From: a virus | Taxonomy: Duplodnaviria; Caudoviricetes | Direction: 5' to 3' (one strand) | DNA: 64,000 bases | IMG/VR virus record: IMGVR_UViG_2751185671_000004 | Span: 106,233-170,232 of that record | Shown: positions 1 to 9,654 of the stretch, piece after piece | Position numbering within the stretch: position 1 is the stretch's first letter | Layout: each line of letters begins with the position of its first letter | Notes under the pieces: model-generated | The model's database searches: none | Seen by the model: only the letters and a program-made list of their open reading frames with translations | Told to the model about the DNA's origin: nothing | Made by a program: the position numbers and the translations under genes

Positions 1-1
1 T

Positions 2-208
2 GCACTTTTAGTAGCCGGTACAATAAATGAAGATGCGAGAGAGCTTTTAAAAGAAATCGACCTTTACATTTTCATTGCCGGGATGGTGATTGTAGCCGCT
101 TCATTAAAAGGTATTTATTCGGATATATTTTTATCCACTAAGGCAAATGGTTCTAAATTACCTAACAATGCAAGCAGTACGGACGCAAAAGGTCGCACCA
201 CCTATTAA
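2..208 (+). CDS. 3' end of a hypothetical membrane protein running in from the left edge
   Basis: Open frame 2-208 (ALLVAGTINEDARELLKEIDLYIFIAGMVIVAASLKG...TTY*) with a hydrophobic stretch; no start in the window. Confidence 0.5.
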   Translation, partial: ALLVAGTINEDARELLKEIDLYIFIAGMVIVAASLKGIYSDIFLSTKANGSKLPNNASSTDAKGRTTY

Positions 209-518
209 GCTATTATATCAAATGAAGCTAATAGGTCATAGTTTGGTTTCTTGTTTGCGAGCAAAGTAGAGTTTCTTGATATTAGCATTCAAAACTAGTC
301 TGATGTCTAATTAAGATTTAGTAGACTCACAGAGTGATAGTATGAAAGGCAATTAGCGGCTTACGTTTGCCAATCGAGGCTGTTTAGGTGTATTGTTGTG
401 TTGCAACTCCTTGAGCCTGTTAGAGTTTTATCTACAACATTGATCGGAAGGCCGTTGTGTATAACTGGAAATTCCCACTGGGGTAGTTTTACGCACCCTT
501 ATAATTCGGAGAGATAGG

Positions 519-800
519 ATGAATTCTGAGAAATACAATAGAAGTATTAGGTTACTATGCCCAACATGCGGGTGTTCTGATTTTTCGTATGATGAGGGCG
601 CGGATGAAACTATTCAGATTATGACCTGTGCCTTATGTGAAAGAGAATTAAACAAAGACGAGCTAATTCAAGAGAATAGCGAAAATATTGATGAGCACCT
701 CTCTGAAATTAAGAAAGAGGTTACGGAAGGTATTGCTGATGAACTTCGCAAATCCCTCAAAAAAGCATTTTCAGGTAGTAAAAATATTAGGATCAAATAA
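519..800 (+). CDS. Small zinc-ribbon protein (ECs_2282-family-like)
   Basis: CPTC...CALC pairs and an acidic helical tail; RBS-like GGAGAGATAGG; stop overlaps the next start (TAATG). Confidence 0.7.
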   Translation: MNSEKYNRSIRLLCPTCGCSDFSYDEGADETIQIMTCALCERELNKDELIQENSENIDEHLSEIKKEVTEGIADELRKSLKKAFSGSKNIRIK

Positions 801-1273
801 TGCCAGTAACTATTGATGCAGGTGATATTATCGCTGGTTTGGCATTTCTCCTATCAGGCTATGCAACTTGGCAAACTGTTAGTTTTAACAAGAAGCAAAA
901 ATCTCTTGTTGAAAGCCAAGAGAAGTTAAACAATCTTCTATTAGAGAAGGGAAATGAGGACTCATTAAATGAAAAAAGAGCCGATCTTGGAGCATCTTTC
1001 ATTAAACTGGGCAGCAATAAATATCGGCTTAAAATTTGGAATAAAGGGGCTTCAACTGCTAGAAACGTAAAAATAGATTTTCCAGAGGGGAACGATGTAA
1101 TAATTGATTCTGAAGTCACTGATAAATTTCCAATGGAAAGTTTAGAGAGACATCAGTCGGTCGAATTGATAGCTGCGGTTCACATGCTGACCAAATCTAA
1201 GCATGTAATTCGGCTTATTTGGGAAGATGACGCTCAATCTCACAATGAAAAGCTGTCCTATCCAACACTGTAA
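800..1273 (+). CDS. Hypothetical protein with N-terminal TM helix and coiled coil
   Basis: IIAGLAFLLSGYATW TM segment; translationally coupled to 519-800; followed by an attC-like site. Confidence 0.75.
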   Translation: MPVTIDAGDIIAGLAFLLSGYATWQTVSFNKKQKSLVESQEKLNNLLLEKGNEDSLNEKRADLGASFIKLGSNKYRLKIWNKGASTARNVKIDFPEGNDVIIDSEVTDKFPMESLERHQSVELIAAVHMLTKSKHVIRLIWEDDAQSHNEKLSYPTL

Positions 1274-1275
1274 AC

Positions 1276-1347
1276 ATGTAACAAGCTCATGCTAACGGAC
1301 TGGTTTTCCGCTGTTCTCCAAATCAGTCGTAAATACGAGCGCTATAT
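1276..1347 (+). other. Degenerate integron attC-like site
   Basis: ATGTAAC just after the stop codon; inner arms GCTC..GAGC and GACTGGTTT..AAATCAGTC; ends GCTATAT (decayed GTTRRRY). Confidence 0.55.
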
Positions 1348-1810
1348 AGAATGACCTCATTGTAAATACTATACGTCATAGCTTGTTTTTTGTGCGACAG
1401 TGATGTGGAAAATGTGCACATTCGTTATCTCTACTAAGCTTGCTTTTGTGACAAAAAACTCTAGACGTCAGTCACGCGTCCAATATTTATGTATTGGACA
1501 CTTACAACTATTCACAGAACCATTGCAAAAAAAGATGACAACTATCCGTGAGAGCAAACAGCTTAGGGAGCTTTTGATTGACACCAAAAGCATTACTTTG
1601 TCAGCATCACTTTATTTATATGATTGTTTTGCCTTTTATATATAGTCGGTATTCAAAACCAATCTGGCGCAGGATAGAATTTAAGTAAATGTAGGTATAG
1701 TCGTGCAGCTTCTTCGAGACGATCAGGGGCTAGGTGCTCTTATCTTATTGTTTGGTTGTTCGAGTATTCGTTTTAACTTTCAGTTTCCGCAGCAACGCTT
1801 TGTTAAGTAC

Positions 1811-2416
1811 CTACTTACCGTCGTCCCACGAATTCAAAAAATCAGCAAGAATATCGCCGTGGCAAGCTTCTGGTTTACAAAAACACCCCAGACGCTTTCC
1901 TGCTAATTTATACACTTCAGATTTTTCTTTGTTAGGAAATTTTTCATAGTCAAAATCGTATTTATATTTACGTATGACCTCGTTTCGATCATCTCCTTCA
2001 CTATACATTGAGTAAGGGTTTCCCCAGTAAGAACCTCTTCCAATGTACTCATAATTCGGCGTACTCTTCTCTTTTTGGTATTCTGGCTCAGTTTTTATAT
2101 TTACAACTCGTGTTATAGCAATACTAATAACTCTTAGCGGCTTACCGCTATCCTTTATTTTTTTTATTTCTTCTCCGAACTCTTCACCATCATCAAAAAT
2201 AATTGCATGAGTTATATCGTCAGTTGTCCAATTAATTAATTTTATGCTCTTCAATTTTCCTGGGTTTTCATCACACAATCTCTGTATAAAATCACACGGA
2301 TCGTTTGGATAAGTTAAAACAACATCTTTGAGACTTGAAGATATTTTCTCTACTTTTCTAGAAAACTTTGAGTAGCAATTAAATAGTTTTGGATAAAGAA
2401 TTAATACTGTCGCCAT
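1811..2416 (-). CDS. SLOG(YspA)-like N-terminal domain fused to DUF4326
   Basis: C-terminal YIGRGSYWGNPY...LAGKRLGCFCKPEACHGDIL is the DUF4326 signature; N-terminal THAIIFDDG...GKPLRVI resembles YspA-type SLOG. Confidence 0.8.
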   Translation of the reverse strand: MATVLILYPKLFNCYSKFSRKVEKISSSLKDVVLTYPNDPCDFIQRLCDENPGKLKSIKLINWTTDDITHAIIFDDGEEFGEEIKKIKDSGKPLRVISIAITRVVNIKTEPEYQKEKSTPNYEYIGRGSYWGNPYSMYSEGDDRNEVIRKYKYDFDYEKFPNKEKSEVYKLAGKRLGCFCKPEACHGDILADFLNSWDDGK

Positions 2417-2868
2417 TAATACAAATGCTTCACTTTTAGATCTAATTCAGAATTCTCATTAAGGTACTCAACAACAAGCCTCCTATGACATAAATGCGGT
2501 TCATGCTCACTACACAATAAGCAACCTTGATCTAGCAATGCAGGCTTTACTGACCTTTCTATATTTCTTTGCCCCATAAGATTTAGAAATTTATCTTCAT
2601 ACTCTTCCCAGGGTATTTCACCTTTTTTATAAGCATTCAAGATGTCTTTTGTTGGAGCAAGCTCTGGAACATGCACGTAATCCGTATTACAAAGCTCTTT
2701 TAAGAAAAATCTAAGGTCATCTCTCTTTGCAAAACCGGCAAGTTGAGAAATATTGTTTAATCGCACATCCAAAAGTGTACTTATTTCTGATGTGCGAATG
2801 AGGTTAAAGAATGTTTCTGCGTTCTTTTTAGTAAAACCAATCGTGTATATATCTATTTCATTAGCCAT
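2416..2868 (-). CDS. DUF488 family protein
   Basis: IYTIGF, LLDVRL, LAP, LLCSE...CHRRLV motifs. Confidence 0.88.
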   Translation of the reverse strand: MANEIDIYTIGFTKKNAETFFNLIRTSEISTLLDVRLNNISQLAGFAKRDDLRFFLKELCNTDYVHVPELAPTKDILNAYKKGEIPWEEYEDKFLNLMGQRNIERSVKPALLDQGCLLCSEHEPHLCHRRLVVEYLNENSELDLKVKHLY

Positions 2869-3568
2869 AGCTTCTTATCTCATCGTGAAACCTTGGAAAT
2901 GTATAGATTCCGTTAACCTGCAACCAGTATCCATTCCTCTCTCCAATAGCCCAGACTCTACTTAATCCCACTCTTAGATAGACTGAATCCTGTTTATTTA
3001 TTAAATCAGTGACCTCGTGTAGCCTATCATCATTTTGGTGCTTTTTCGCATAGTCATGAAATCCCCTATCAGTGATTGAAAGATAGTTGTACTTATGTCC
3101 ACTATCATCTGTGAAAGAAGCTTTAATTTTTCCTGGTTTAAACTGGTCTTCATGAATGCTTAACTGACGTGGCAAGACCTTAATCGTGATTATTGAACAA
3201 TTTGCCTCTTGACCGTAGGGAATATGTTTCTGATTAGAATCAAAATCAATACCAAAACCTTGTGACACAGAATCACTCGATGAGTTTTCTAGTATTTGAA
3301 GGAACTGCTCACCATTGCATGCACCATAAAATTTTAGGTCGGAATAACTAGCATCCTCAACATGAGGATTATCTCTATTTTGCTGCAAAGAAATATTCCC
3401 TTTCAAGATTGCACCAGGATGAATACCTAATTCCTCACATTTAGTGCTTTTTAAATAAGGCATTGGCCGGAAACATTCGCCTGTCTTCACATCAATTACG
3501 GCTGTACAGACATTATCACCGGTAGAAAACCTTGTTAAGTCTGTGATTATTACTTCTCTCATTCTCAC
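2861..3568 (-). CDS. Dual-OB-domain-like protein, first gene of the 3-gene operon
   Basis: N-terminal VCTAVID..RP, PHVED, SITD, C-terminal RVGLSR...WLQVNGIYT; overlaps the DUF488 gene. Confidence 0.65.
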   Translation of the reverse strand: MRMREVIITDLTRFSTGDNVCTAVIDVKTGECFRPMPYLKSTKCEELGIHPGAILKGNISLQQNRDNPHVEDASYSDLKFYGACNGEQFLQILENSSSDSVSQGFGIDFDSNQKHIPYGQEANCSIITIKVLPRQLSIHEDQFKPGKIKASFTDDSGHKYNYLSITDRGFHDYAKKHQNDDRLHEVTDLINKQDSVYLRVGLSRVWAIGERNGYWLQVNGIYTFPRFHDEIRSYG

Positions 3569-4004
3569 TCCTTAAGCTTAATTTTTTGTACTCTAGTTTT
3601 CAATTTTGATGCACAAGCTACCAGAGAAAAACCCAAAACAAATAATATAAACATTATTATTATTAGATTTCAAAGTCGCAACTTACTCATAGCAGATATT
3701 AGGTATTAGGCAAAATTTTGAGTATGTAGCATGTTTTATTGATTATTTCGGCCTGTCAATTAAAAATAACTCATCACAAAATCAAGGACTTTTATATGCA
3801 TAGAAATACTTTCCTAATCTGATAAGCGACTATAACAGGCAAGTTAAGCATATATAATTCTTCGTGAATGTCTAGGTTAACTGACGTCAAAAGGCTTAAT
3901 TCGATATAGAACTAAAAACTACAAGCAGATGCACCACATTGATGCATAACAACTTTACCAATTCTTACAAGGACTTACCACTAAGCCTAAATACATCACA
4001 GAAA

Positions 4005-4035
4005 GGGTTTGAACCGAGTTCCCTCCCCTCCACCA
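4005..4035 (+). other. tRNA/tmRNA 3'-end remnant (att-like scar)
   Basis: GGGTTTGAACCGAGTTCCCTCCCCTCCACCA resembles a T-arm plus acceptor stem ending CCA; no upstream half of a tRNA. Confidence 0.55.
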
Positions 4036-4041
4036 ATAGAT

Positions 4042-4072
4042 AAAAGCCAACCCCTATCAGGTTGGCTTTTTT
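4042..4072 (+). terminator. Intrinsic terminator-like hairpin
   Basis: AAAAGCCAACC-loop-GGTTGGCTTTT plus T run; homologous copy at 53802-53829. Confidence 0.7.
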
Positions 4073-4630
4073 ATGCCTGCCCCCCGCGCTACAGCCCAGT
4101 AACGGCAAGGGTTTGCGGACTTCGGCTATTTTTTAATCCCGGACTTCATAGCATCAAATTCTCTCTTCTCCCCTATATTCTCTCTCACTATGCCACGCAC
4201 CACTTTCGAAGTCCGTCGATGACGAAAAATTATTTCCTTATAAATCAATAACTTAGCGACGGAATTTTATGATGGTTTTTTGAGGGCAATGGCTACCCAA
4301 AAAGAAATACGCAAACCTTACTCAGAACGGAGAAAACCAGAGGGGTTTATAGTTAGCTAAACCAAAGAGGTAATTAACTGTACTAATAAAAACCAAATAC
4401 AGCCCATAGATATAAGGAATAAAATCAATATATTAAGAGTATTTTTCAATCTTATTTTGTACTAGAAGAGAGATATCAGGCATAGGTTTATCATTCATTC
4501 ATTTATTGCTAGGTATGGAAGTAGCAACAAACCTATATTAAGTATATTTCCACTCAAGAGAAAAGACTAAATATCAACCATAGGAATTGCTCAGTGGACA
4601 ACAATGTGGCCACTAATCAGCAACCCTATT

Positions 4631-4658
4631 ATTTTAAGCTGCCTATACGGCAGTAAAC
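4631..4658 (-). CRISPR. Solitary type I-F CRISPR repeat (25/28 match)
   Basis: + strand ATTTTAAGCTGCCTATACGGCAGTAAAC versus TTTCTAAGCTGCCTATACGGCAGTGAAC (reverse complement of GTTCACTGCCGTATAGGCAGCTTAGAAA); CTGCC/GGCAG stem intact. Confidence 0.8.
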
Positions 4659-4730
4659 ATACTGGAAGCGCTAGTCTGCCTACCTGAGCGTACATGGAAA
4701 ACCTATTATCAACACATCCAAAGGCCAGCC

Positions 4731-5216
4731 ATGTCGATAGCAGAAACGCCCCCTTCTACACTAACGCAGATCATGCAGCTTGAAAACATGGCAATGAAAG
4801 AACTGTTAGTCATATGGCAGGAATTCAACCAAACATCACCCCCAGTGCGAGCAAGAAGTTATATTGAGCGGCGTCTGCCTTACGCATTATAAGTTAACTC
4901 GTTAAGTGCTGATGATAAGAAAATTATTAAAAGAAATACACAACGTATTAAAGAGATTAGCCAAACATACGCAATCAATAAAAGTAAAAATAAACAAAAC
5001 ACTTATATTCCAGTACCGGGCACCATTTTGAAACGACTTTATAACGATGTGGAATACGAGGTGATTGTGCGATCAGATGAACAGTTTGAATTTCAAAAAC
5101 GCCCTTACAAAAGTTTATCCAAAATTGCGAAAGAGATTACCGGTACACATTGGTCTGGGCCTGCATTTTTTGGCTCTCGACAATCTAAGAAAATAGTGAA
5201 AAAATCATCAACATAA
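4731..5216 (+). pseudogene. DUF2924 protein with an internal stop (relic of a serine-recombinase-type element)
   Basis: ATG at 4731 is in frame with the 5028 ORF; TAA at 4890-4892; PVPGTILKR...YKSLSKIAKEITGTHWSGPAFFG is the DUF2924 signature. Confidence 0.85.
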
Positions 5217-5228
5217 AAATAATATTAA

Positions 5229-5366
5229 ATGCTAAAATATTTTGGTATCAAGGTTACACAAAAAGGTGTAGTCACAAAGACTTTACCTATAGTAGGAGGC
5301 CTTATTGGAGGTGGCTGGAACTATATTGAAGTTAGTGTAATAAAAAAGAACAATTTCATCTTTTGA
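5229..5366 (+). pseudogene. C-terminal fragment of an EcsC-like protein (truncated cassette)
   Basis: LKYFGIKVTQKGVVTKTLPIVGGLIGGGWN; followed by an attC-like site. Confidence 0.45.
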
Positions 5367-5376
5367 AGCAAACTAA

Positions 5377-5442
5377 GCATAACAAGTTGCTGATAGATAC
5401 AAGACTACTGTGCTTCAGTTTTTTCAAAACAAGGCGTTATAT
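5377..5442 (+). other. Degenerate attC-like site
   Basis: GCATAAC...GGCGTTATAT ends; shares about 150 bp of downstream sequence with the 1276-1347 site. Confidence 0.45.
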
Positions 5443-5722
5443 CGAATGATCGCACTGTAGATACTAATGTGTCATAGCTTCTTTTTTTGTGCGGCGGAAA
5501 ACTGAAAGAAGCACACGCTCGTTATCGTTGACTAAATATCTGCTTGTGATAAAAAGTTCTAAACGCCAATCATACTTCCAATACTGACCAGTACTTGACT
5601 TAATGAAGGATATTAATTCACAAAAATAAACTGCAGTGAATAGTTAAGTGTGTGTCCACAATAGTTTAGCACAGTGAAAATTATCCTTCATACCCAGACA
5701 CACGCTTAGACCAATTTTCGAC

Positions 5723-6496
5723 GGTTTTGTCGCATACCGGACTTTTGAAATTTTACCCTTTATACTGCCGGTTCATATTTAGCCACTAGTCTAAGTAGCC
5801 AATGATCATTTTGCAAAGTGTTCGCTGGTACTGCGCTTATGCACTCGGTTACCGAAATATTGATGAGATAATGGCTGATCGCGGAACTGACGTTGACCAC
5901 AGTACTTTGAATTGTTGGGTAATATTCTACGCGCCGAAATTAGAAAAGCTTTTCAAAAAAAGAAGCGTCTACCCGGGAATAAATGGCGGCTTGATGAGAC
6001 GTATCTCAGAGTTAAAGGCCAGTGGAAATATTATTGTGCCGTTGGTAAACATGGTAATGCCGTTGACTTTTTACTGACCGCCAAGCGTGATAAGAAGGCG
6101 GCTCAACACTTTTTCGCAAAAACGGTTAAACACAATGGAAAGCCCTGCTTATTAAATATTGATAAAAGCGGCGCCAATAAATCAAACATAAGACAATTCA
6201 GCCAAGGTAACAATGAGCGTGTTAAAATCTGTCAGTGTAAATATTTAAACGATGTCATTGAGCAGGATCATCGGCGAATTACAAGACTCTCCCGCTCAAT
6301 GCTTGGCTTTAAGAATTTTCATTGTACACAAAAAACATTGGCAGAAATTGAAGTTGCGGTAATGATCAAAAAAGGGCAAATGAAGAAAACTATTGCTAAC
6401 GGTCTGTAATGCACTAAACAATTCTATGCTTTGGCTGTGTAAGCCGCAAATCCCCTTTTAACTTTTGACGCCGAATTAATTAGTTGCGACGAAAAT
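5723..6496 (+). mobile_element. IS6-family element, frameshifted transposase
   Basis: Left end GGTTTTGTCGCA, imperfect right end TGCGACGAAAAT; ORFs 5802-6077 and 5912-6409 carry VRWY, VDHSTL, WRLDETY, NDVIEQDHR. Confidence 0.9.
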
Positions 6497-6567
6497 TTTT
6501 AAAAACACCCAATCAAATAATGTTTGGGATCAAACCAATAATTGCACTAGCGAGTTGAATCTACATT

Positions 6568-8016
6568 ATGAAAGACAATATATTTAGAAACAAAAATAAA
6601 TGGTTTTACCTTTTCTTAATGATGTGTATTACCTTCTTTAGCCTTCAGTCTCATGCGGGGAGTAAAAAGTTACGGTTTGGTTCACCTGAATCCGCAGGAA
6701 TGGATTCAGAAAAAATTAAGCAGGTTGCTCAGAACCTGCAAGTTCTTGTCGATGAAGAACGTTTGGCGGGTATGGTAACCATCGCTGCGCGTCATGGCAA
6801 AATAGTTCATTACGAAACCATGGGCTATCAGGATATTGCGACAAAAACACCTATGGAAAAGGACACCATCTTTAGAGTGTACTCTATGTCTAAACCGATA
6901 ACCGGTGTCGCGATGATGATGTTGTTTGAGGAAAAAAAGTTTCGTCTTTCAGATCCTGTCGAAAAATACATTCCTGAATTTGCTGATATGCAAGTTTATG
7001 TGGGTTTGGATGATGACGGTAATATGATCACTGAACCTGCTAATAGCAGCATAACCATTCGTCAGTTGATGAATCACACTGCTGGTTTTGGATATGGCAC
7101 AATGATGGGCAACCATCCTGTTCATGTTATGTTATCAGAGGCAAATAATTTTGATGCTGACTCCAGCTTACAAGACATGATCACTAAAATGTCTACCGTC
7201 CCTCTTTTATTTCAGCCCGGTACAAATTTCTCTTATAGCGCATCAGTAGATATTCAGGGTTATCTTGTAGAAAAATTGTCTGGTCAGCGTTTTGGTGAAT
7301 TTTTGCAAGAACGAATCTTCGAGCCACTGGAAATGAATGATACCGCTTTCTATGTTCCAGTAGAAAAACATGATCGCCTTGCAGAGGTTTATCATTATGA
7401 CATCAACAGTAAGCTGGTAGAACAAGAGTTATACGGCAATGTTATTCGTTTTAAAGAAGAGCAAATGCTGGAAGCCGGTGGTTGGGGCCTGGTTTCAACC
7501 GCGATGGATTATTTAAGATTTTCACAAATGTTACTCAACGGCGGTAAATTAGATGGCGTAAGACTTTTAAAACCAAAGACTGTAAGGATGATGCGTACAA
7601 ATCAGCTCCCGGAGCATCTGGTTAATAATTTGGATCCATTGCTTGGTGGGCAGCCTGGAGCAAGTTTTGGGCTTAATTTTGGCATTGTTGAAGATCCTGA
7701 AGGTAACCCGGTTGGTGGCTATTCTAAAGGGGAATACTATTGGGGTGGAGCTGCCGGAACCTGGTTCTGGATTGACCCAGTTGAAGACTTGGTTTTCGTT
7801 GGTATGGTTCAACAGTTTGCCGGTCAGCCCCAAATTCCTGATGTTAGAATGATATCGAAACACGCGTTCTATCAGGCAATTACAGACAGTGAGTCTGATG
7901 ACGACGATACAGACAGTGAGTCTGATGACGACGATACAGACAGCGAGTCTGATGACGACGATACAGACAGCGAGTCTGATGACGACGATACAGACAGCGA
8001 GTCTGATGACGACTAG
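6568..8016 (+). CDS. Secreted serine hydrolase of the beta-lactamase / class C-like family with an acidic repeat tail
   Basis: Signal peptide ending SHA; SMSK catalytic motif, LMNHTAG, QPGTNFSYS, WGGAAGT; C-terminal (TDSESDDDD)x5. Confidence 0.9.
   Translation: MKDNIFRNKNKWFYLFLMMCITFFSLQSHAGSKKLRFGSPESAGMDSEKIKQVAQNLQVLVDEERLAGMVTIAARHGKIVHYETMGYQDIATKTPMEKDTIFRVYSMSKPITGVAMMMLFEEKKFRLSDPVEKYIPEFADMQVYVGLDDDGNMITEPANSSITIRQLMNHTAGFGYGTMMGNHPVHVMLSEANNFDADSSLQDMITKMSTVPLLFQPGTNFSYSASVDIQGYLVEKLSGQRFGEFLQERIFEPLEMNDTAFYVPVEKHDRLAEVYHYDINSKLVEQELYGNVIRFKEEQMLEAGGWGLVSTAMDYLRFSQMLLNGGKLDGVRLLKPKTVRMMRTNQLPEHLVNNLDPLLGGQPGASFGLNFGIVEDPEGNPVGGYSKGEYYWGGAAGTWFWIDPVEDLVFVGMVQQFAGQPQIPDVRMISKHAFYQAITDSESDDDDTDSESDDDDTDSESDDDDTDSESDDDDTDSESDDD
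7882..8013 (+). repeat. 27-bp tandem repeat, about 5 copies
   Basis: ACAGACAG(T/C)GAGTCTGATGACGACGAT repeated in frame. Confidence 0.95.
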
Positions 8017-8038
8017 ATAGAGGACTACCGGGTTTTGT

Positions 8039-8460
8039 GGTTTTGTCACATACCGGACTTTTGAAATTCTACTCATTGTACTAGCGGCTCGTATTTAGCC
8101 GCTAGACTAAGTAACCAATGATCAGTTTTAAATCTCGCCACTATCCCCAAGAAATCATTCTGCAATGTTTTCGCTGGTACTTTGCCTATGCACTGAGCTA
8201 TAGAAATATTGAAGAAATGATGGCGGAGCGAGGCATTGATGTTGACCACAGCACCTTAAATCCTTGGGTTATATTCTACGCGACGAAAATTAGAAAAGTC
8301 CTTTCAACAAAAGAAGTGTTTACCCAGAAAGAGATGGCGGCTTGATGAGACTTATCTCAAACTTAAAGGCCAGTGGAAATATTATTATCGTGCCGTTAAT
8401 AAAAGCGGCGCCAATAAATCAGACATAAAACAATTCAACCAAGACAACAGTAATCGTGTT
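8039..8460 (+). mobile_element. Truncated second IS6 copy, same orientation as the first
   Basis: Left end GGTTTTGTCACATACCGGACTTTTGAAATT nearly identical to 5723; MISFKSRHYPQEIILQCFRWY; frameshift and internal deletion. Confidence 0.85.
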
Positions 8461-8769
8461 ATGAACTACCTTTAACTCACTAGACGTTTTTTAGGCGAGA
8501 ATAATACGTTTGTTCATACTGATTTGACGGCATGTTATCACAGTAACTGTGATGACGTGTGGCGTTGTAACACCATTTGCAGTAAGACAACCACAGTCCT
8601 ATATAGACTACCAATCAAAGCCACCTTCTATGAAAGTGGCTTTTTACTTTTTTCCTGTGCTTAACAACCGAGTAGTGTCGATAGCTTTTAACAAGATGGC
8701 CAGTTTAAGTGTACTACCATCATTGTTCTATATATCGTCCAGTATTTGCAAGTTAAAAAGTATTGACTT

Positions 8770-9078
8770 CTAGCGTTGAGGGCGTTGTATGATGTTAAGG
8801 ATCTCTCGATCACTAGGACGTAGTTGTTCTCTAGTTCTTCTTCGAACAGATGATCTTGTAGTTGGTGTATTTGCCTCAGGATGAGAATTTTGTATCAGAC
8901 TTTCGATGGCATTTTGACTAGGGCGCGACTGTGTTTCGTGAGTTCGTCTACGAACACTATAATTCAGCAATGGTTCCCTAGCGGTAGTTCTTCTATGACG
9001 ATTTGTATTTGTATTTGTATTTGTATTTGTTTGACTTACGGGTCGATGTGAACTACGTGATGATCTGTTTACTGGCAT
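8770..9078 (-). CDS. Orphan Ser/Arg-rich protein, effector-like
   Basis: AGGAG RBS; HrpL-like box at 9114-9141; (TN)x5 encoded by a 6-bp microsatellite at 9001-9030. Confidence 0.6.
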   Translation of the reverse strand: MPVNRSSRSSHRPVSQTNTNTNTNTNRHRRTTAREPLLNYSVRRRTHETQSRPSQNAIESLIQNSHPEANTPTTRSSVRRRTREQLRPSDREILNIIQRPQR

Positions 9079-9113
9079 TAAAACTCCTATTTTATAATAT
9101 TAATGTCGATCTG

Positions 9114-9141
9114 TAAGTATGCTATTAGCGGAAAAAGTTCT
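9114..9141 (-). promoter_or_regulatory. HrpL-box-like ECF promoter
   Basis: Minus strand AGAACT-N15-ATACTTA. Confidence 0.6.
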
Positions 9142-9519
9142 TAAAATCGACATCATATTATTTGGGATAAGGTAAATATACCAACCAACTTAATTTATAG
9201 CGGCAGAAAATAATGCACCCGCGCCTATAAAATCAGCTCTCGATAAAAGTTAATATTGTAGAAGTAATAGATTAACTCTAGTTAATGTGAGCTTTGTATC
9301 AATATCATCTACTATTTTTTTTGTTAAATCGTGCTATTTTCAGTGTGTTGTATTTGTCAAACATACGAAACTCCAAAATCAGTAAAAAAGTGTGAGTTAT
9401 AATCGAAAAACAAACCAAAATAGACTCTAGCTAATATATTTTTAGAAAAAATTTGGAGCATTGAAATAGGCTTATTACTATTAGCACGTCATTTACTGTA
9501 ATTTATATTGAAATATTCT

Positions 9520-9547
9520 CAAACTTTTAGCTGAGTATAATTACTCA
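9520..9547 (+). promoter_or_regulatory. HrpL-box-like ECF promoter (one deviation in -35)
   Basis: CAAACT-N15-TTACTCA, 34 bp before the ATG at 9582. Confidence 0.5.
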
Positions 9548-9654
9548 TCATATAATTTAAAAAAATAAGAGAAAAGTATTTATGCCCATCAGGTATTCCA
9601 GGTGCTTATTATTGTAATAAAGGTCATTGCGTCAACAGACTTATAGACAACAGA

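Noticed and set aside
160-210. Third attC site (CCTAACAA...)
   Set aside because: Only the left half is recognisable; no matching GTT end
3960-4035. Intact tRNA or tmRNA gene
   Set aside because: Only a distorted 3' end is present; the upstream sequence cannot form a cloverleaf
6568-8016. Calling it ampC or a resistance gene
   Set aside because: Has YxS/WGG rather than the AmpC YxN/KTG motifs; general serine hydrolase
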